Under the pieces are notes generated by a model. The model saw only the letters and a list, made by a program, of their open reading frames with translations, had not been told where the DNA came from and did not search any database. Positions 62,220 through 64,000 of a stretch of DNA of 64,000 nucleotides are shown here, piece by piece. Within the stretch, counting starts at the first letter, position 1; every line of letters starts with the position of its first letter. This DNA is from Chiloscyllium plagiosum (lineage: Eukaryota). Both the position numbers and the translations under genes were made by a program. The DNA is taken from NCBI RefSeq assembly GCF_004010195.1, contig NC_057728.1, positions 54,790,588 to 54,854,587 of the forward strand, given 5' to 3'.

Positions 62220-62545
62220 ACACGGTGGCATGGTGGTTCAGTGGTTAGCACTGCTACCTCACAGCGCCAGGGACCTGGGTTCAATTCCCGCCTCGGGTAA
62301 CTGTCTGTGTGGAGTTTGTACATTCTCCCCGTGTCTGCGTGGGTTTCCTCCGGGTGCTCCGGTTTCCTCCCACAGTCCAAAAATGTGTAGGTTAGGTGAA
62401 TTGGCCATGCTAAATTGCCCGTAGTGTTAGCTGCATTAGTCAGGGGTGAATGTAGGGGAATGGATCTGGGTGGGTTGCTCTTCGGAGGGTCGGTGTAGAC
62501 TTGTTGGGACAAAGGGCCTGTTTCCATACTGTAGGGAATCTAAAC
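62220..62545 (+). mobile_element. HE1-like V-SINE, well preserved
   Basis: A/B boxes, V-core gggtttcctccgggtgctccggtttcctcccacagtccaaa, CR1-like tail. Confidence 0.9.
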
Positions 62546-63178
62546 AGTAGAGCTTGATTTTCCTGTGAGCTCCCCTGGTGAAATGTAACTAAAGGGACGT
62601 GGATAAATGCATGAAGGGGATGATGTTTAGTAGGGTTAGAGGAGTGAGATTGATTGAGCAGTTCTTTCAAAAGCATCATGCGGTGAATGGTCTCCTTTAG
62701 CACTGCATCATTTTCTCATCCAAGATTTTAGAGTAAGGATATCACAGAAAAATAATTCCAATTTATTAAATCCTCTTCCATGTGCCCTGCAGCTCACCAT
62801 AATTTGCCGGAGATTCTCACACCTCCTTTTCTGAAATAAATGTCATTTAGCTTTGGAGATTTCTTTGTTGTGCATCCTGAAAATCAAGGATGTACATCTC
62901 AACAGGCTCATCTAACAATCAGTCACCTTTCTACGTTTAACACTTCTTTACGATTGATTCTAATTTGAATTCAACAATCTTCTTCAGATCATCTTCCATC
63001 AGTGCACATGACCCTCACTTCGCCAATATCGCAATGGCTAAACCCTCTACTCCTTTAATCATACAATCCCTACAGTACAGAAGCAGGCCATTCGGGTCTA
63101 CACTGACCCTCTGAAGAGCATCCCACCCAGACCCCCCCCCATCTTATCCCTATAACCCCTGCATTTCCTGTGGCTAAC

Positions 63179-63890
63179 AGTTATGAAGGTGTAGGTGTGT
63201 ACTGTACCTTTAAGCGAGAGTGGAAGCTGGCATAGACCAAGAGAGACACAGAGTATGCTGACAAATTAAAAAATGTAACATTTGGTTGAAACAAATAGTT
63301 GGAGATGTGTTGCCGTGGTACAAAAACAAATTCAAATTCAGCCAATCAGTTTAAATTATACCCCAGATACCAAAATCCAATCGAATTTGAATTTTACTGT
63401 TTCAGATGACATCAAACCAATGAAATGATCCAATGTTTTGGTGTATAAAATCAGACATTTTGAACAGTTAGGGGGAGAACAGCAAAGAGCTGTCAAGCAT
63501 CAACATAACAGCCAATAGAATAGCTCTCTGAAAGGTACCTGTCCGTAAGAAATTTGTGCAGTGAAGACCGAAGCCGACCTAGAGAAATCTACGGAGAAAG
63601 TTTGACATCCAAAGACGACAACTGGGTTGGAAATTGATTTGCCAAAGTTTAAGAGGGAATTTATCAGACCAGAGTGGGAGGTAGAAATAGGCTTAAGAGA
63701 AAGAAGTTACAAATAGTTGATGTTTAATGTTCTCTTTTGGACTTAAAGAATAAAATTGTTAAATATTTCTTTAAATAGTGATATTTGGGGTAGTTTTTTG
63801 CCACTCGAAATTTAACAGATTATAGCGTGAGGTGAGCTTTTCTGCATGTCTGGTTTAAATTAGTTGAGAGGTTTACCCCGTGTCGTAACA
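63179..63890 (+). mobile_element. Solo LTR (~712 bp) inserted in an HE1-like SINE (host about 63060-64000, -)
   Basis: Ends ...CGTAACA, starts (A/T)GTTATG, TSD CTAAC at 63174-63178 / 63891-63895; TATAAAA and AATAAA inside; same family as 33833-34498. Confidence 0.8.
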
Positions 63891-64000
63891 CTAACCCACC
63901 TAGCCTGCATATCCCTGGACACGTTGGGCAACTGAGCGTGGCACATCAACCTAACTAACCTGCACACCCTTGGGTTGTGGGAGGAAACCGGACCACTGGG

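Noticed and set aside
12832..62545. tRNA genes at SINE heads
   Set aside because: A/B boxes continue directly into SINE cores and LINE-like tails; no complete cloverleaf with Pol III terminator
1..64000. Most of the short ORFs in the supplied track as independent genes
   Set aside because: They are TE fragments, antisense shadows of real exons or chance ORFs; only spliced STAB2 and NT5DC3 exons have coherent homology and splice phases

Overview
Eukaryotic vertebrate genomic DNA. The repeat content (HE1/V-SINE-like SINEs, CR1 LINEs, Penelope-like elements) points to a shark or other elasmobranch; this is inference. Two spliced protein-coding genes lie tail-to-tail. (1) The last 8 coding exons of a stabilin-2 (STAB2/HARE) gene are on + (1799-17989): Link domain, EGF, last fasciclin domain, TM helix and cytoplasmic tail. 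(2) A complete 14-exon NT5DC3 HAD-family 5'-nucleotidase gene is on - (57136-23863; 1743 nt CDS, 580 aa). All exons were hand-spliced at GT-AG junctions with consistent phases. Introns and flanks are dense in decayed CR1 and L1 LINEs, three SINE types, solo LTRs and a TA-flanked MITE. The most notable non-genic signal is a large set of short Penelope-like-element (PLE) remnants. Many are fold-back (inverted-repeat) inserts with 10-15 bp target-site duplications, and they carry minimal hammerhead-ribozyme motifs whose stems covary between subfamilies. Other oddities are an 88-bp duplication around a truncated SINE, an in-frame alternative splice donor in NT5DC3 and a 5S-rRNA-derived segment between tRNA-like heads. 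Repeat boundaries are by eye and approximate unless a TSD is given. Family names rest on recalled consensus similarity, not database searches.
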